Source of the DNA: Auanema rhodensis
Lineage: Eukaryota > Animalia > Nematoda
DNA: 64,000 nt
Direction of reading: 5' to 3'
NCBI GenBank assembly: GCA_964057225.1
Contig: OZ059896.1
Span: forward strand, 18,786,001 to 18,850,000
The notes under the pieces are model-generated. The model was not told the DNA's origin, made no database searches, and saw nothing but the letters and a program-made list of their open reading frames with translations. This document shows positions 1-15,600 of the stretch, one piece after another (position 1 is the first letter of the stretch; each line of letters starts with the position of its first letter). A program made the position numbers and the translations under genes.

Positions 1-169
1 GAGAAAATATCGAAAATTTCCCGAAGCTTTTCTCATAAGGTACTAAAATAAAAGTATTATTTCATATTATTATTTTTTCAGACCTAGAATCGATAAAAAA
101 AATTAACTACATTTTAGTGAGTTACTGGGTTGGGTTATACAAATTGTCTAATTAGAATGCGATTTACAT

Positions 170-242
170 GGCCTTGTGGCCTAATGGATAAGGCGTCGGA
201 CTTCGGATCCGAAGATTTTAGGTTCGAGTCCTGTCAGGGTCG
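170..242 (+). tRNA. tRNA-Arg(TCG), first copy; T-stem variant (TTAGG/CCTGT), possibly impaired
   Basis: 73-nt cloverleaf with anticodon loop CT-TCG-GA; first T-stem pair mismatched. Confidence 0.85.
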
Positions 243-547
243 TTATTTTTTGTTTTAAAAAAATCATTACCTGATAGTTTACATTTTTTATTCTGTATTA
301 TCTCATACAATTGAAAAAAATACTAGCAGTAAAACAAATGCAGTGATAATATTCTCGAAAATGTTCCTATTCAGAGTGAGAAAGTATCAAAAATTGCCCG
401 AAGGTTTTCTCATAAGGTACTAAAAGAAAAGTATTATTTCATATTATTATTTTTTCAGACCTAGAATCGATAAAAAAAAATCAACTACATTTTAGTGAGT
501 TACTAGGTTGGGTTATACAAATTGTCTAATTTGAATGCGATTTAAAT

Positions 548-620
548 GGCCTTGTGGCCTAATGGATAAGGCGTCGGACTTCGGATCCGAAGATTGTAGG
601 TTCGAGTCCTGCCAGGGTCG
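548..620 (+). tRNA. tRNA-Arg(TCG), representative consensus copy
   Basis: Acceptor stem GGCCTTG/CAGGGTC, D arm GCCT-AATGGATA-AGGC, anticodon arm TCGGA-CTTCGGA-TCCGA, T arm GTAGG-TTCGAGT-CCTGC; no encoded CCA; A and B boxes present. Confidence 0.97.
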
Positions 621-623
621 TTA

Positions 624-629
624 TTTTTT
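624..629 (+). terminator. Pol III oligo-T terminator (in nearly every unit)
   Basis: TTTTTT begins 4 nt after the tRNA 3' end. Confidence 0.85.
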
Positions 630-3600
630 GTTTCAAAACAATCATTACCTGATAGTTTACATGTTTTATTCTATATTATCTCATACAATTGAAAAAAATA
701 CTAGCAGTAAAACAAATGCAGTGTTAATATTCTCGAGAATGTTCCTATTCAGAGTGAGAAAATATCGAAAATTTCCCGAAGGTTTTCTCATAAGGTACTA
801 AAATAAAAGTATTATTTCATATTATTATTTTTTCAGACCTAGAATCGATAAAAAAAATCAACTACATTTTAGTGAGTTACTAGGTTGGGTTATACAAATT
901 GTCTAATTTGAATGCGATTTAAATGGCCTTGTGGCCTAATGGATAAGGCGTCGGACTTCGGATCCGAAGATTGTAGGTTCGAGTCCTGCCAGGGTCGTTA
1001 TTTTTTGTTTCAAAACAATCATTACCTGATAGTTTACATGTTTTATTCTATATTATCTCATACAATTGAAAAAAATACTAGCAGTAAAACAAATGCAGTG
1101 TTAATATTCTCGAGAATGTTCCTATTCAGAGTGAGAAAATATCGAAAATTTCCCGAAGCTTTTCTCATAAGGTACTAAAATAAAAGTATTATTTCATATT
1201 ATTATTTTTTCAGACCTAGAATCGATAAAAAAAATTAACTACATTTTAGTGAGTTACTGGGTTGGGTTATACAAATTGTCTAATTAGAATGCGATTTACA
1301 TGGCCTTGTGGCCTAATGGATAAGGCGTCGGACTTCGGATCCGAAGATTTTAGGTTCGAGTCCTGTCAGGGTCGTTATTTTTTGTTTTAAAAAAATCATT
1401 ACCTGATAGTTTACATTTTTTATTCTGTATTATCTCATACAATTGAAAAAAATACTAGCAGTAAAACAAATGCAGTGATAATATTCTCGAAAATGTTCCT
1501 ATTCAGAGTGAGAAAGTATCAAAAATTGCCCGAAGGTTTTCTCATAAGGTACTAAAAGAAAAGTATTATTTCATATTATTATTTTTTCAGACCTAGAATC
1601 GATAAAAAAAAATCAACTACATTTTAGTGAGTTACTAGGTTGGGTTATACAAATTGCCTAATTTGAATGCGATTTAAATGGCCTTGTGGCCTAATGGATA
1701 AGGCGTCGGACTTCGGATCCGAAGATTGTAGGTTCGAGTCCTGCCAGGGTCGTTATTTTTTGTTTCAAAACAATCATTACCTGATAGTTTACATGTTTTA
1801 TTCTATATTATCTCATACAATTGAAAAAAATACTAGCAGTAAAACAAATGCAGTGTTAATATTCTCGAGAATGTTCCTATTCAGAGTGAGAAAATATCGA
1901 AAATTTCCCGAAGGTTTTCTCATAAGGTACTAAAATAAAAGTATTATTTCATATTATTATTTTTTCAGACCTAGAATCGATAAAAAAAATTAACTACATT
2001 TTAGTGAGTTACTGGGTTGGGTTATACAAATTGTCTAATTAGAATGCGATTTACATGGCCTTGTGGTCTAATGGATAAGGCGTCGGATTTCGGATCCGAA
2101 TGTTGTAGGTTCGAGTCCTGCCAGGGTTGTTATTTTTTGTTTCAAAAAAATCATTACCTGATAGTTTACATGTTTTATGCTGTATTATCTCATACAATTG
2201 AAAAAAATACTAGCAGTAAAACAAATGCAGTGATGATATTCTCGAGAATGTTCCTATTCAGAGTGAGAAAATATCAAAAATTTCAAGACGGTTTTCTCAT
2301 AAGGTACTAAAATAAAAGTATTATTTCATATTATTATTTTTTCAGACCTAGAATCGATAAAAAAAATCAACTACATTTTAGTGAGTTACTAGGTTGGGTT
2401 ATACAAATTGTCTAATTTGAATGCGATTTAAATGGCCTTGTGGCCTAATGGATAAGGCGTCGGACTTCGGATCCGAAGATTGTAGGTTCGAGTCCTGCCA
2501 GGGTCGTTATTTTTTGTTTCAAAACAATCATTACCTGATAGTTTACATGTTTTATTCTATATTATCTCATACAATTGAAAAAAATACTAGCAGTAAAACA
2601 AATGCAGTGTTAATATTCTCGAGAATGTTCCTATTCAGAGTGAGAAAATATCGAAAATTTCCCGAAGCTTTTCTCATAAGGTACTAAAATAAAAGTATTA
2701 TTTCATATTATTATTTTTTCAGACCTAGAATCGATAAAAAAAATTAACTACATTTTAGTGAGTTACTGGGTTGGGTTATACAAATTGTCTAATTAGAATG
2801 CGATTTACATGGCCTTGTGGTCTAATGGATAAGGCGTCGGGCTTCGGATCCGAATGTTGTAGGTTCGAGTCCTGCCAGGGTCGTTATTTTTTGTTTCAAA
2901 AAAATCATTACCTGATAGTTTACATGTTTTATTCTGTATTATCTCATACAATTAAAAAAATACTAGCAGTAAAACAAATGCAGTGATAATATTCTCGAAA
3001 ATGTTCCTATTCAGAGTGAGAAAGTATCAAAAATTTCCCGAAGGTTTTCTCATAAGCTACTAAAAGAAAAGTATTATTTCATATTATTATTTTTTCAGAC
3101 CTAGAATCGATAAAAAAAAATCAACTACATTTTAGTGAGTTACTGGGTTGGGGTATACAAATTGTCTAATTTGAATGCGATTTAAATGGCCTTGTGGCCT
3201 AATGGATAAGGCGTCGGACTTCGGATCCGAAGATTGTAGGTTCGAGTCCTGCCAGGGTCGTTATTTTTTGTTTTAAAAAAATCATTACCTGATAGTTTAC
3301 ATTTTTTATTCTATATTATCTCATACAATTGAAAAAAATACTAGCAGTAAAACAAATGCAGTGATAATATTCTCGAAAATGTTCCTATTCAGAGTGAGAA
3401 AGTATCAAAAATTTCCCGAAGGTTTTCTCATAAGCTACTAAAAGAAAAGTATTATTTCATATTATTATTTTTTCAGACCTAGAATCGATAAAAAAAAATC
3501 AACTACATTTTAGTGAGTTACTGGGTTGGGGTATACAAATTGTCTAATTTGAATGCGATTTAAATGGCCTTGTGGCCTAATGGATAAGGCGTCGGACTTC

Positions 3601-6600
3601 GGATCCGAAGATTGTAGGTTCGAGTCCTGCCAGGGTCGTTATTTTTTGTTTTAAAAAAATCATTACCTGATAGTTTACATTTTTTATTCTATATTATCTC
3701 ATACAATTGAAAAAAATACTAGCAGTAAAACAAATGCAGTGTTAATATTCTCGAGAATGTTCCTATTCAGAGTGAGAAAATATCAAAAATTTCAAGACGG
3801 TTTTCTCATAAGGTACTAAAATAAAAGTATTATTTCATATTATTATTTTTTCAGACCTAGAATCGATAAAAAAAAATCAACTACATTTTAGTGAGTTACT
3901 AGGTTGGGTTATACAAATTGTCTAATTAGAATGCGATTTACATGGCCTTGTGGCCTAATGGATAAGGCGTCGGATTTCGGATCCGAATGTTGTAGGTTCG
4001 AGTCCTGCCAGGGTTGTTATTTTTTGTTTCAAAAAAATCATTACCTGATAGTTTACATGTTTTATGCTGTATTATCTCATACAATTGAAAAAAATACTAG
4101 CAGTAAAACAAATGCAGTGATGATATTCTCGAGAATGTTCCTATTCAGAGTGAGAAAATATCAAAAATTTCAAGACGGTTTTCTCATAAGGTACTAAAAT
4201 AAAAGTATTATTTCATATTATTATTTTTTCAGACCTAGAATCGATAAAAAAAATCAACTACATTTTAGTGAGTTACTGGGTTGGGTTATACAAATTGTCT
4301 AATTAGAATGCGATTTACATGGCCTTGTGGCCTAATGGATAAGGCGTCGGACTTCGGATCCGAAGATTTTAGGTTCGAGTCCTGTCAGGGTCGTTATTTT
4401 TTGTTTTAAAAAAATCATTACCTGATAGTTTACATTTTTTATTCTGTATTATCTCATACAATTGAAAAAAATACTAGCAGTAAAACAAATGCAGTGATAA
4501 TATTCTCGAAAATGTTCCTATTCAGAGTGAGAAAGTATCAAAAATTGCCCGAAGGTTTTCTCATAAGGTACTAAAAGAAAAGTATTATTTCATATTATTA
4601 TTTTTTCAGACCTAGAATCGATAAAAAAAAATCAACTACATTTTAGTGAGTTACTAGGTTGGGTTATACAAATTGTCTAATTTGAATGCGATTTAAATGG
4701 CCTTGTGGCCTAATGGATAAGGCGTCGGACTTCGGATCCGAAGATTGTAGGTTCGAGTCCTGCCAGGGTCGTTATTTTTTGTTTCAAAACAATCATTACC
4801 TGATAGTTTACATGTTTTATTCTATATTATCTCATACAATTGAAAAAAATACTAGCAGTAAAACAAATGCAGTGTTAATATTCTCGAGAATGTTCCTATT
4901 CAGAGTGAGAAAATATCGAAAATTTCCCGAAGGTTTTCTCATAAGGTACTAAAATAAAAGTATTATTTCATATTATTATTTTTTCAGACCTAGAATCGAT
5001 AAAAAAAATTAACTACATTTTAGTGAGTTACTGGGTTGGGTTATACAAATTGTCTAATTAGAATGCGATTTACATGGCCTTGTGGTCTAATGGATAAGGC
5101 GTCGGACTTCGGATCCGAATGTTGTAGGTTCGAGTCCTGCCAGGGTTGTTTTTTTTTGTTTCAAAAAAATCATTACCTGATAGTTTACATGTTTTATGCT
5201 GTATTATCTCATACAATTGAAAAAAATACTAGCAGTAAAACAAATGCAGTGATGATATTCTCGAGAATGTTCCTATTCAGAGTGAGAAAATATCAAAAAT
5301 TTCAAGACGGTTTTCTCATAAGGTACTAAAATAAAAGTATTATTTCATATTATTATTTTTTCAGACCTAGAATCGATAAAAAAAATCAACTACATTTTAG
5401 TGAGTTACTAGGTTGGGTTATACAAATTGTCTAATTTGAATGCGATTTAAATGGCCTTGTGGCCTAATGGATAAGGCGTCGGACTTCGGATCCGAAGATT
5501 GTAGGTTCGAGTCCTGCCAGGGTCGTTATTTTTTGTTTCAAAAAAATCATTACCTGATAGTTTACATGTTTTATTCTGTATTATCTCATACAATTAAAAA
5601 AATACTAGCAGTAAAACAAATGCAGTGATAATATTCTCGAAAATGTTCCTATTCAGAGTGAGAAAGTATCAAAAATTTCCCGAAGGTTTTCTCATAAGCT
5701 ACTAAAAGAAAAGTATTATTTCATATTATTATTTTTTCAGACCTAGAATCGATAAAAAAAAATCAACTACATTTTAGTGAGTTACTGGGTTGGGGTATAC
5801 AAATTGTCTAATTTGAATGCGATTTAAATGGCCTTGTGGCCTAATGGATAAGGCGTCGGACTTCGGATCCGAAGATTGTAGGTTCGAGTCCTGCCAGGGT
5901 CGTTATTTTTTGTTTTAAAAAAATCATTACCTGATAGTTTACATTTTTTATTCTGTATTATCTCATACAATTGAAAAAAATACTAGCAGTAAAACAAATG
6001 CAGTGATAATATTCTCGAGAATGTTCCTATTCAGAGTGAGAAAATATCAAAAATTTCAAGACGGTTTTCTCATAAGGTACTAAAATAAAAGTATTATTTC
6101 ATATTATTATTTTTTCAGACCTAGAATCGATAAAAAAAATCAACTACATTTTAGTGAGTTACTAGGTTGGGTTATACAAATTGTCTAATTTGAATGCGAT
6201 TTAAATGGCCTTGTGGCCTAATGGATAAGGCGTCGGATTTCGGATCCGAAGATTGTAGGTTCGAGTCCTGCCAGGGTCGTTATTTTTTGTTTCAAAACAA
6301 TCATTACCTGATAGTTTACATGTTTTATTCTATATTATCTCATACAATTGAAAAAAATACTAGCAGTAAAACAAATGCAGTGTTAATATTCTCGAGAATG
6401 TTCCTATTCAGAGTGAGAAAATATCGAAAATTTCCCGAAGGTTTTCTCATAAGGTACTAAAATAAAAGTATTATTTCATATTATTATTTTTTCAGACCTA
6501 GAATCGATAAAAAAAATTAACTACATTTTAGTGAGTTACTGGGTTGGGTTATACAAATTGTCTAATTAGAATGCGATTTACATGGCCTTGTGGCCTAATG

Positions 6601-9600
6601 AATAAGGCGTCGGACTTCGGATCCGAAGATTGTAGGTTCGAGTCCTGCCAGGGTCGTTATTTTTTGTTTCAAAACAATCATTACCTGATAGTTTACATGT
6701 TTTATTCTATATTATCTCATACAATTGAAAAGAATACTAGCAGTAAAACAAATGCAGTGTTAATATTCTCGAAAATGTTCCTATTCAAAGTGAGAAAGTA
6801 TCAAAAATTTCCCGAAGGTTTTCTCATAAGGTACTAAAAGAAAAGTATTATTTCATATTATTATTTTTTCAGACCTAGAATCGATAAAAAAAAATCAACT
6901 ACATTTTAGTGAGTTACTAGGTTGGGTTATACAAATTGTCTAATTAGAATGCGATTTAGATGGCCTTGTGGTCTAATGGATAAGGCGTCGGACTTCGGAT
7001 CCGAAGATTTTAGGTTCGAGTCCTGCCAGGGTCGTTATTTTTTGTTTTAAAAAAATCATTACCTGATAGTTTACATTTTTTATTCTGTATTATCTCATAC
7101 AATTGAAAAAAATACTAGCAGTAAAACAAATGCAGTAATAATATTCTCGAAAATGTTCCTATTCAGAGTGAGAAAGTATCAAAAATTTCCCGAAGGTTTT
7201 CTCATAAGGTACTAAAAGAAAAGTATTATTTCATATTATTTTTTTTTCAGACCTAGAATCGATAAAAAAAATCAACTACATTTTAGTGAGTTACTAGGTT
7301 GGGTTATACAAATTGTCTAATTAGAAAGCGATTTAGATGGCCTTGTGGTCTAATGGATAAGGCTTCGGACTTCGGATCCGAAGATTTTAGGTTCGAGTCC
7401 TGCCAGGGTCGTTATTTTTTGTTTTAAAAAAATCATTACCTGATAGTTTACATTTTTTATTCTGTATTATCTCATACAATTGAAAAAAATACTAGCAGTA
7501 AAACAAATGTAGTGATAATATTCTCGAAAATGTTCCTATTCAGAGTGAGAAAGTATCAAAAATTGCCCGAAGGTTTTCTCATAAGGTACTAAAAGAATAG
7601 TATTATTTCATATCATTATTTTTTCAGACCTAGAATCGATAAAAAAAAATCAACTACATTTTAGTGAGTTACTAGGTTGGGTTATACAAATTGTCTAATT
7701 TGAATGCGATTTAAATGGCCTTGTGGCCTAATGGATAAGGCGTCGGACTTCGGATCCGAAGATTGTAGGTTCGAGTCCTGCCAGGGTCGTTATTTTTTGT
7801 TTCAAAACAATCGTTACCTGATAGTTTACATGTTTTATTCTATATTATCTCATACAATTGAAAAAAATACTAACAGTAAAACAAATGCAGTGTTAATATT
7901 CTCGAGAATGTTCCTATTCAGAGTGAGAAAATATCGAAAATTTCCCGAAGGTTTTCTCATAAGGTACTAAAATAAAAGTATTATTTCATATTATTATTTT
8001 TTCAGACCTAGAATCGATAAAAAAAATTAACTACATTTTAGTGAGTTACTGGGTTGGGTTATACAAATTGTCTAATTAGAATGCGATTTACATGGCCTTG
8101 TGGTCTAATGGATAAGGCGTCGGACTTCGGATCCGAATGTTGTAGGTTCGAGTCCTGCCAGGGTTGTTATTTTTTGTTTCAAAAAAATCATTACCTGATA
8201 GTTTACATGTTTTATGCTGTATTATCTCATACAATTGAAAAAAATACTAGCAGTAAAACAAATGCAGTGATGATATTCTCGAGAATGTTCCTATTCAGAG
8301 TGAGAAAATATCAAAAATTTCCCGACGGTTTTCTCATAAGGTACTAAAATAAAAGTATTATTTCATATTATTATTTTTTCAGACCTAGAATCGATAAAAA
8401 AAATAAACTACATTTTAGTGAGTTACTGGGTTGGGTTATACAAATTGTCTAATTAGAATGCGATTTACATGGCCTTGTGGCCTAATGGATAAGGCGTCGA
8501 ACTTCGGATCCGAAGATTGTAGGTTCGAGTCCTGCCAGGGTCGTTATTTTTTGTTTCAAAACAATCATTACCTGATAGTTTACATGTTTTATTCTATATT
8601 ATCTCATACAATTGAAAAGAATACTAGCAGTAAAACAAATGCAGTGTTAATATTCTCGAAAATGTTCCTATTCAGAGTGAGAAAGTATCAAAAATTTCCC
8701 GAAGGTTTTCTCATAAGGTACTAAAAGAAAAGTATTATTTCATATTATTATTCTTTCAGACCTAGAATCGATAAAAAAAAATCAACTACATTTTAGTGAG
8801 TTACTAGGTTGGGTTATACAAATTGTCTAATTTGAATGCGATTTAAATGGCCTTGTGGCCTAATGGATAAGGCGTCGGACTTCGGATCCGAAGATTGTAG
8901 GTTCGAGTCCTGCCAGGGTCGTTATTTTTTGTTTTAAAAAAATCATTACCTGATAGTTTACATGTTTTATTCTATATTATCTCATACAATTGAAAAAAAT
9001 ACTAGCAGTAAAACAAATGCAGTGATAATATTCTCGAGAATGTTCCTATTCAGAGTGAGAAAATATCAAAAATTCTCCGAAGGTTTTCTCATAAGGTACT
9101 AAAATAAAAGTATTATTTCATATTATTATTTTTTCAGACCTAGAATCGATGAAAAAATCAACTACATTTTAGTGAGTTACTGGGTTGGGTTATACAAATT
9201 GTCTAATTTGAATGCGATTTACATGGCCTTGTGGCCTAATGGATAAGGCGTCGGACTTCGGATCCGAAGATTGTAGGTTCGAGTCCTGCCAGGGTCGTTA
9301 TTTTTTGTTTTAAAAAAATCATTACCTGATAGTTTACATGTTTTATTCTATATTATCTTAAACAATTGAAAAAAATACTAGCAGTAAAACAAATGCAGTG
9401 ATAATATTCTCGAGAATGTTCCTATTCAGAGTGAGAAAATATCAAAAATTCTCCGAAGCTTTTCTCATAAGGTACTAAAATAAAAGTATTATTTCATATT
9501 ATTATTTTTTCAGACCTAGAATCGATAAAAAAAATTAACTACATTTTAGTGAGTTACTGGGTTGGGTTATACAAATTGTCTAATTTGAATGCGATTTACA

Positions 9601-12600
9601 TGGCCTTGTGGCCTAATGGATAAGGCGTCGGACTTCGGATCCGAAGATTGTAGGTTCGAGTCCTGCCAGGGTCGTTATTTTTTGTTTTAAAAAAATCATT
9701 ACCTGATAAATTACATGTTTTATTCTGTATTACCTCATACAATTGAAAAAAATACTAGCAGTAAAACAAATGCAGTGATAATATTCTCGAGAATGTTCCT
9801 ATTCAGAGTGAGAAAATATCAAAAATTCTCCGAAGGTTTTCTCATAAGGTACTAAAATAAAAGTATTATTTCATATTATTATTTTTTCAGACCTAGAATC
9901 GATGAAAAAATCAACTACATTTTAGTGAGTTACTGGGTTGGGTTATACAAATTGTCTAATTTGAATGCGATTTACATGGCCTTGTGGCCTAATGGATAAG
10001 GCGTCGGACTTCGGATCCGAAGATTGTAGGTTCGAGTCCTGCCAGGGTCGTTATTTTTTGTTTTAAAAAAATCATTACCTGATAAATTACATGTTTTATT
10101 CTGTATTATCTCAAACAATTGAAAAAAATACTAGCAGTAAAACAAATGCAGTGATAATATTCTCGAGAATGTTCCTATTCAGAGTGAGAAAATATCAAAA
10201 ATTATCCGAAAGTTTTCTCATAAGGTACTAAAATAAAAGTATTATTTCATATTATTATTTTTTCAGACCTAGAATCGATGAAAAAATCAACTACATTTTA
10301 GTGAGTTACTGGGTTGGGTTATACAAATTGTCTAATTTGAATGCGATTTGCATGGCCTTGTGGCCTAATGGATAAGGCGTCGGACTTCGGATCCGAAGAT
10401 TGTAGGTTCGAGTCCTGCCAGGGTCGTTATTTTTTGTTTTAAAAAAATCATTACCTGATAGTTTACATGTTTTATTCTATATTATCTTAAACAATTGAAA
10501 AAAATACTAGCAGTAAAACAAATGCAGTGATAATATTCTCGAGAATGTTCCTATTCAGAGTGAGAAAATATCAAAAATTCTCCGAAGCTTTTCTCATAAG
10601 GTACTAAAATAAAAGTATTATTTCATATTATTATTTTTTCAGACCTAGAATCGATAAAAAAAATTAACTACATTTTAGTGAGTTACTGGGTTGGGTTATA
10701 CAAATTGTCTAATTTGAATGCGATTTACATGGTCTTGTGGCCTAATGGATAAGGCGTCGGACTTCGGATCCGAAGATTGTAGGTTCGAGTCCTGCCAGGG
10801 TCGTTATTTTTTGTTTTAAAAAAATCATTACCTGATAAATTACATGTTTTATTCTGTATTACCTCATACAATTGAAAAAAATACTAGCAGTAAAACAAAT
10901 GCAGTGATAATATTCTCGAGAATGTTCCTATTCAGAGTGAGAAAATATCAAAAATTCTCCGAAGGTTTTCTCATAAGGTACTAAAATAAAAGTATTATTT
11001 CATATTATTATTTTTTCAGACCTAGAATCGATGAAAAAATCAACTACATTTTAGTGAGTTACTGGGTTGGGTTATACAAATTGTCTAATTTGAATGCGAT
11101 TTACATGGCCTTGTGGCCTAATGGATAAGGCGTCGGACTTCGGATCCGAAGATTTTAGGTTCGAGTCCTGCCAGGGTCGTTATTTTTTGTTTTAAAAAAA
11201 TCATTACCTGATAGTTTACATTTTTTATTCTGTATTATCTCATACAATTGAAAAAAATACTAGCAGTAAAACAAATGCAGTAATAATATTCTCGAAAATG
11301 TTCCTATTCAGAGTGAGAAAGTATCAAAAATTTCCCGAAGGTTTTCTCATAAGGTACTAAAAGAAAAGTATTATTTCATATTATTTTTTTTTCAGACCTA
11401 GAATCGATAAAAAAAATCAACTACATTTTAGTGAGTTACTAGGTTGGGTTATACAAATTGTCTAATTAGAAAGCGATTTAGATGGCCTTGTGGTCTAATG
11501 GATAAGGCGTCGGACTTCGGATCCGAAGATTTTAGGTTCGAGTCCTGCCAGGGTCGTTATTTTTTGTTTTAAAAAAATCATTACCTGATAGTTTACATTT
11601 TTTATTCTGTATTATCTCATACAATTGAAAAAAATACTAGCAGTAAAACAAATGTAGTGATAATATTCTCGAAAATGTTCCTATTCAGAGTGAGAAAGTA
11701 TCAAAAATTGCCCGAAGGTTTTCTCATAAGGTACTAAAAGAATAGTATTATTTCATATCATTATTTTTTCAGACCTAGAATCGATAAAAAAAAATCAACT
11801 ACATTTTAGTGAGTTACTAGGTTGGGTTATACAAATTGTCTAATTTGAATGCGATTTAAATGGCCTTGTGGCCTAATGGATAAGGCGTCGGACTTCGGAT
11901 CCGAAGATTGTAGGTTCGAGTCCTGCCAGGGTCGTTATTTTTTGTTTCAAAACAATCGTTACCTGATAGTTTACATGTTTTATTCTATATTATCTCATAC
12001 AATTGAAAAAAATACTAACAGTAAAACAAATGCAGTGTTAATATTCTCGAGAATGTTCCTATTCAGAGTGAGAAAATATCGAAAATTTCCCGAAGGTTTT
12101 CTCATAAGGTACTAAAATAAAAGTATTATTTCATATTATTATTTTTTCAGACCTAGAATCGATGAAAAAATCAACTACATTTTAGTGAGTTACTGGGTTG
12201 GGTTATACAAATTGTCTAATTTGAATGCGATTTACATGGCCTTGTGGCCTAATGGATAAGGCGTCGGACTTCGGATCCGAAGATTGTAGGTTCGAGTCCT
12301 GCCAGGGTCGTTATTTTTTGTTTTAAAAAAATCATTACCTGATAGTTTACATGTTTTATTCTATATTATCTTAAACAATTGAAAAAAATACTAGCAGTAA
12401 AACAAATGCAGTGATAATATTCTCGAGAATGTTCCTATTCAGAGTGAGAAAATATCAAAAATTCTCCGAAGGTTTTCTCATAAGGTACTAAAATAAAAGT
12501 ATTATTTCATATTATTATTTTTTCAGACCTAGAATCGATGAAAAAATCAACTACATTTTAGTGAGTTACTGGGTTGGGTTATACAAATTGTCTAATTTGA

Positions 12601-15600
12601 ATGCGATTTACATGGCCTTGTGGCCTAATGGATAAGGCGTCGGACTTCGGATCCGAAGATTGTAGGTTCGAGTCCTGCCAGGGTCGTTATTTTTTGTTTT
12701 AAAAAAATCATTACCTGATAGTTTACATGTTTTATTCTATATTATCTTAAACAATTGAAAAAAATACTAGCAGTAAAACAAATGCAGTGATAATATTCTC
12801 GAGAATGTTCCTATTCAGAGTGAGAAAATATCAAAAATTCTCCGAAGCTTTTCTCATAAGGTACTAAAATAAAAGTATTATTTCATATTATTATTTTTTC
12901 AGACCTAGAATCGATAAAAAAAATAAACTACATTTTAGTGAGTTACTGGGTTGGGTTATACAAATTGTCTAATTAGAATGCGATTTACATGGCCTTGTGG
13001 CCTAATGGATAAGGCGTCGAACTTCGGATCCGAAGATTGTAGGTTCGAGTCCTGCCAGGGTCGTTATTTTTTGTTTCAAAACAATCATTACCTGATAGTT
13101 TACATGTTTTATTCTATATTATCTCATACAATTGAAAAGAATACTAGCAGTAAAACAAATGCAGTGTTAATATTCTCGAAAATGTTCCTATTCAGAGTGA
13201 GAAAGTATCAAAAATTTCCCGAAGGTTTTCTCATAAGGTACTAAAAGAAAAGTATTATTTCATATTATTATTCTTTCAGACCTAGAATCGATAAAAAAAA
13301 ATCAACTACATTTTAGTGAGTTACTAGGTTGGGTTATACAAATTGTCTAATTTGAATGCGATTTAAATGGCCTTGTGGCCTAATGGATAAGGCGTCGGAC
13401 TTCGGATCCGAAGATTGTAGGTTCGAGTCCTGCCAGGGTCGTTATTTTTTGTTTTAAAAAAATCATTACCTGATAGTTTACATGTTTTATTCTATATTAT
13501 CTCATACAATTGAAAAAAATACTAGCAGTAAAACAAATGCAGTGATAATATTCTCGAGAATGTTCCTATTCAGAGTGAGAAAATATCAAAAATTCTCCGA
13601 AGGTTTTCTCATAAGGTACTAAAATAAAAGTATTATTTCATATTATTATTTTTTCAGACCTAGAATCGATGAAAAAATCAACTACATTTTAGTGAGTTAC
13701 TGGGTTGGGTTATACAAATTGTCTAATTTGAATGCGATTTACATGGCCTTGTGGCCTAATGGATAAGGCGTCGGACTTCGGATCCGAAGATTGTAGGTTC
13801 GAGTCCTGCCAGGGTCGTTATTTTTTGTTTTAAAAAAATCATTACCTGATAAATTACATGTTTTATTCTGTATTACCTCATACAATTGAAAAAAATACTA
13901 GCAGTAAAACAAATGCAGTGATAATATTCTCGAGAATGTTCCTATTCAGAGTGAGAAAATATCAAAAATTCTCCGAAGGTTTTCTCATAAGGTACTAAAA
14001 TAAAAGTATTATTTCATATTATTATTTTTTCAGACCTAGAATCGATGAAAAAATCAACTACATTTTAGTGAGTTACTGGGTTGGGTTATACAAATTGTCT
14101 AATTTGAATGCGATTTACATGGCCTTGTGGCCTAATGGATAAGGCGTCGGACTTCGGATCCGAAGATTGTAGGTTCGAGTCCTGCCAGGGTCGTTATTTT
14201 TTGTTTTAAAAAAATCATTACCTGATAAATTACATGTTTTATTCTGTATTATCTCAAACAATTGAAAAAAATACTAGCAGTAAAACAAATGCAGTGATAA
14301 TATTCTCGAGAATGTTCCTATTCAGAGTGAGAAAATATCAAAAATTATCCGAAAGTTTTCTCATAAGGTACTAAAATAAAAGTATTATTTCATATTATTA
14401 TTTTTTCAGACCTAGAATCGATGAAAAAATCAACTACATTTTAGTGAGTTACTGGGTTGGGTTATACAAATTGTCTAATTTGAATGCGATTTGCATGGCC
14501 TTGTGGCCTAATGGATAAGGCGTCGGACTTCGGATCCGAAGATTGTAGGTTCGAGTCCTGCCAGGGTCGTTATTTTTTGTTTTAAAAAAATCATTACCTG
14601 ATAGTTTACATGTTTTATTCTATATTATCTTAAACAATTGAAAAAAATACTAGCAGTAAAACAAATGCAGTGATAATATTCTCGAGAATGTTCCTATTCA
14701 GAGTGAGAAAATATCAAAAATTCTCCGAAGCTTTTCTCATAAGGTACTAAAATAAAAGTATTATTTCATATTATTATTTTTTCAGACCTAGAATCGATAA
14801 AAAAAATTAACTACATTTTAGTGAGTTACTGGGTTGGGTTATACAAATTGTCTAATTTGAATGCGATTTACATGGCCTTGTGGCCTAATGGATAAGGCGT
14901 CGGACTTCGGATCCGAAGATTGTAGGTTCGAGTCCTGCCAGGGTCGTTATTTTTTGTTTTAAAAAAATCATTACCTGATAAATTACATGTTTTATTCTGT
15001 ATTACCTCATACAATTGAAAAAAATACTAGCAGTAAAACAAATGCAGTGATAATATTCTCGAGAATGTTCCTATTCAGAGTGAGAAAATATCAAAAATTC
15101 TCCGAAGGTTTTCTCATAAGGTACTAAAATAAAAGTATTATTTCATATTAATATTTTTTCAGACCTAGAATCGATGAAAAAATCAACTACATTTTAGTGA
15201 GTTACTGGGTTGGGTTATACAAATTGTCTAATTTGAATGCGATTTACATGGCCTTGTGGCCTAATGGATAAGGCGTCGGACTTCGGATCCGAAGATTGTA
15301 GGTTCGAGTCCTGCCAGGGTCGTTATTTTTTGTTTTAAAAAAATCATTACCTGATAAATTACATGTTTTATTCTGTATTATCTCAAACAATTGAAAAAAA
15401 TACTAGCAGTAAAACAAATGCAGTGATAATATTCTCGAGAATGTTCCTATTCAGAGTGAGAAAATATCAAAAATTATCCGAAAGTTTTCTCATAAGGTAC
15501 TAAAATAAAAGTATTATTTCATATTATTATTTTTTCAGACCTAGAATCGATGAAAAAATCAACTACATTTTAGTGAGTTACTGGGTTGGGTTATACAAAT

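Noticed and set aside
127-136. GGGTTGGGTT as a telomeric or G-quadruplex motif
   Set aside because: Only two G-tracts per unit, and not the nematode TTAGGC repeat.
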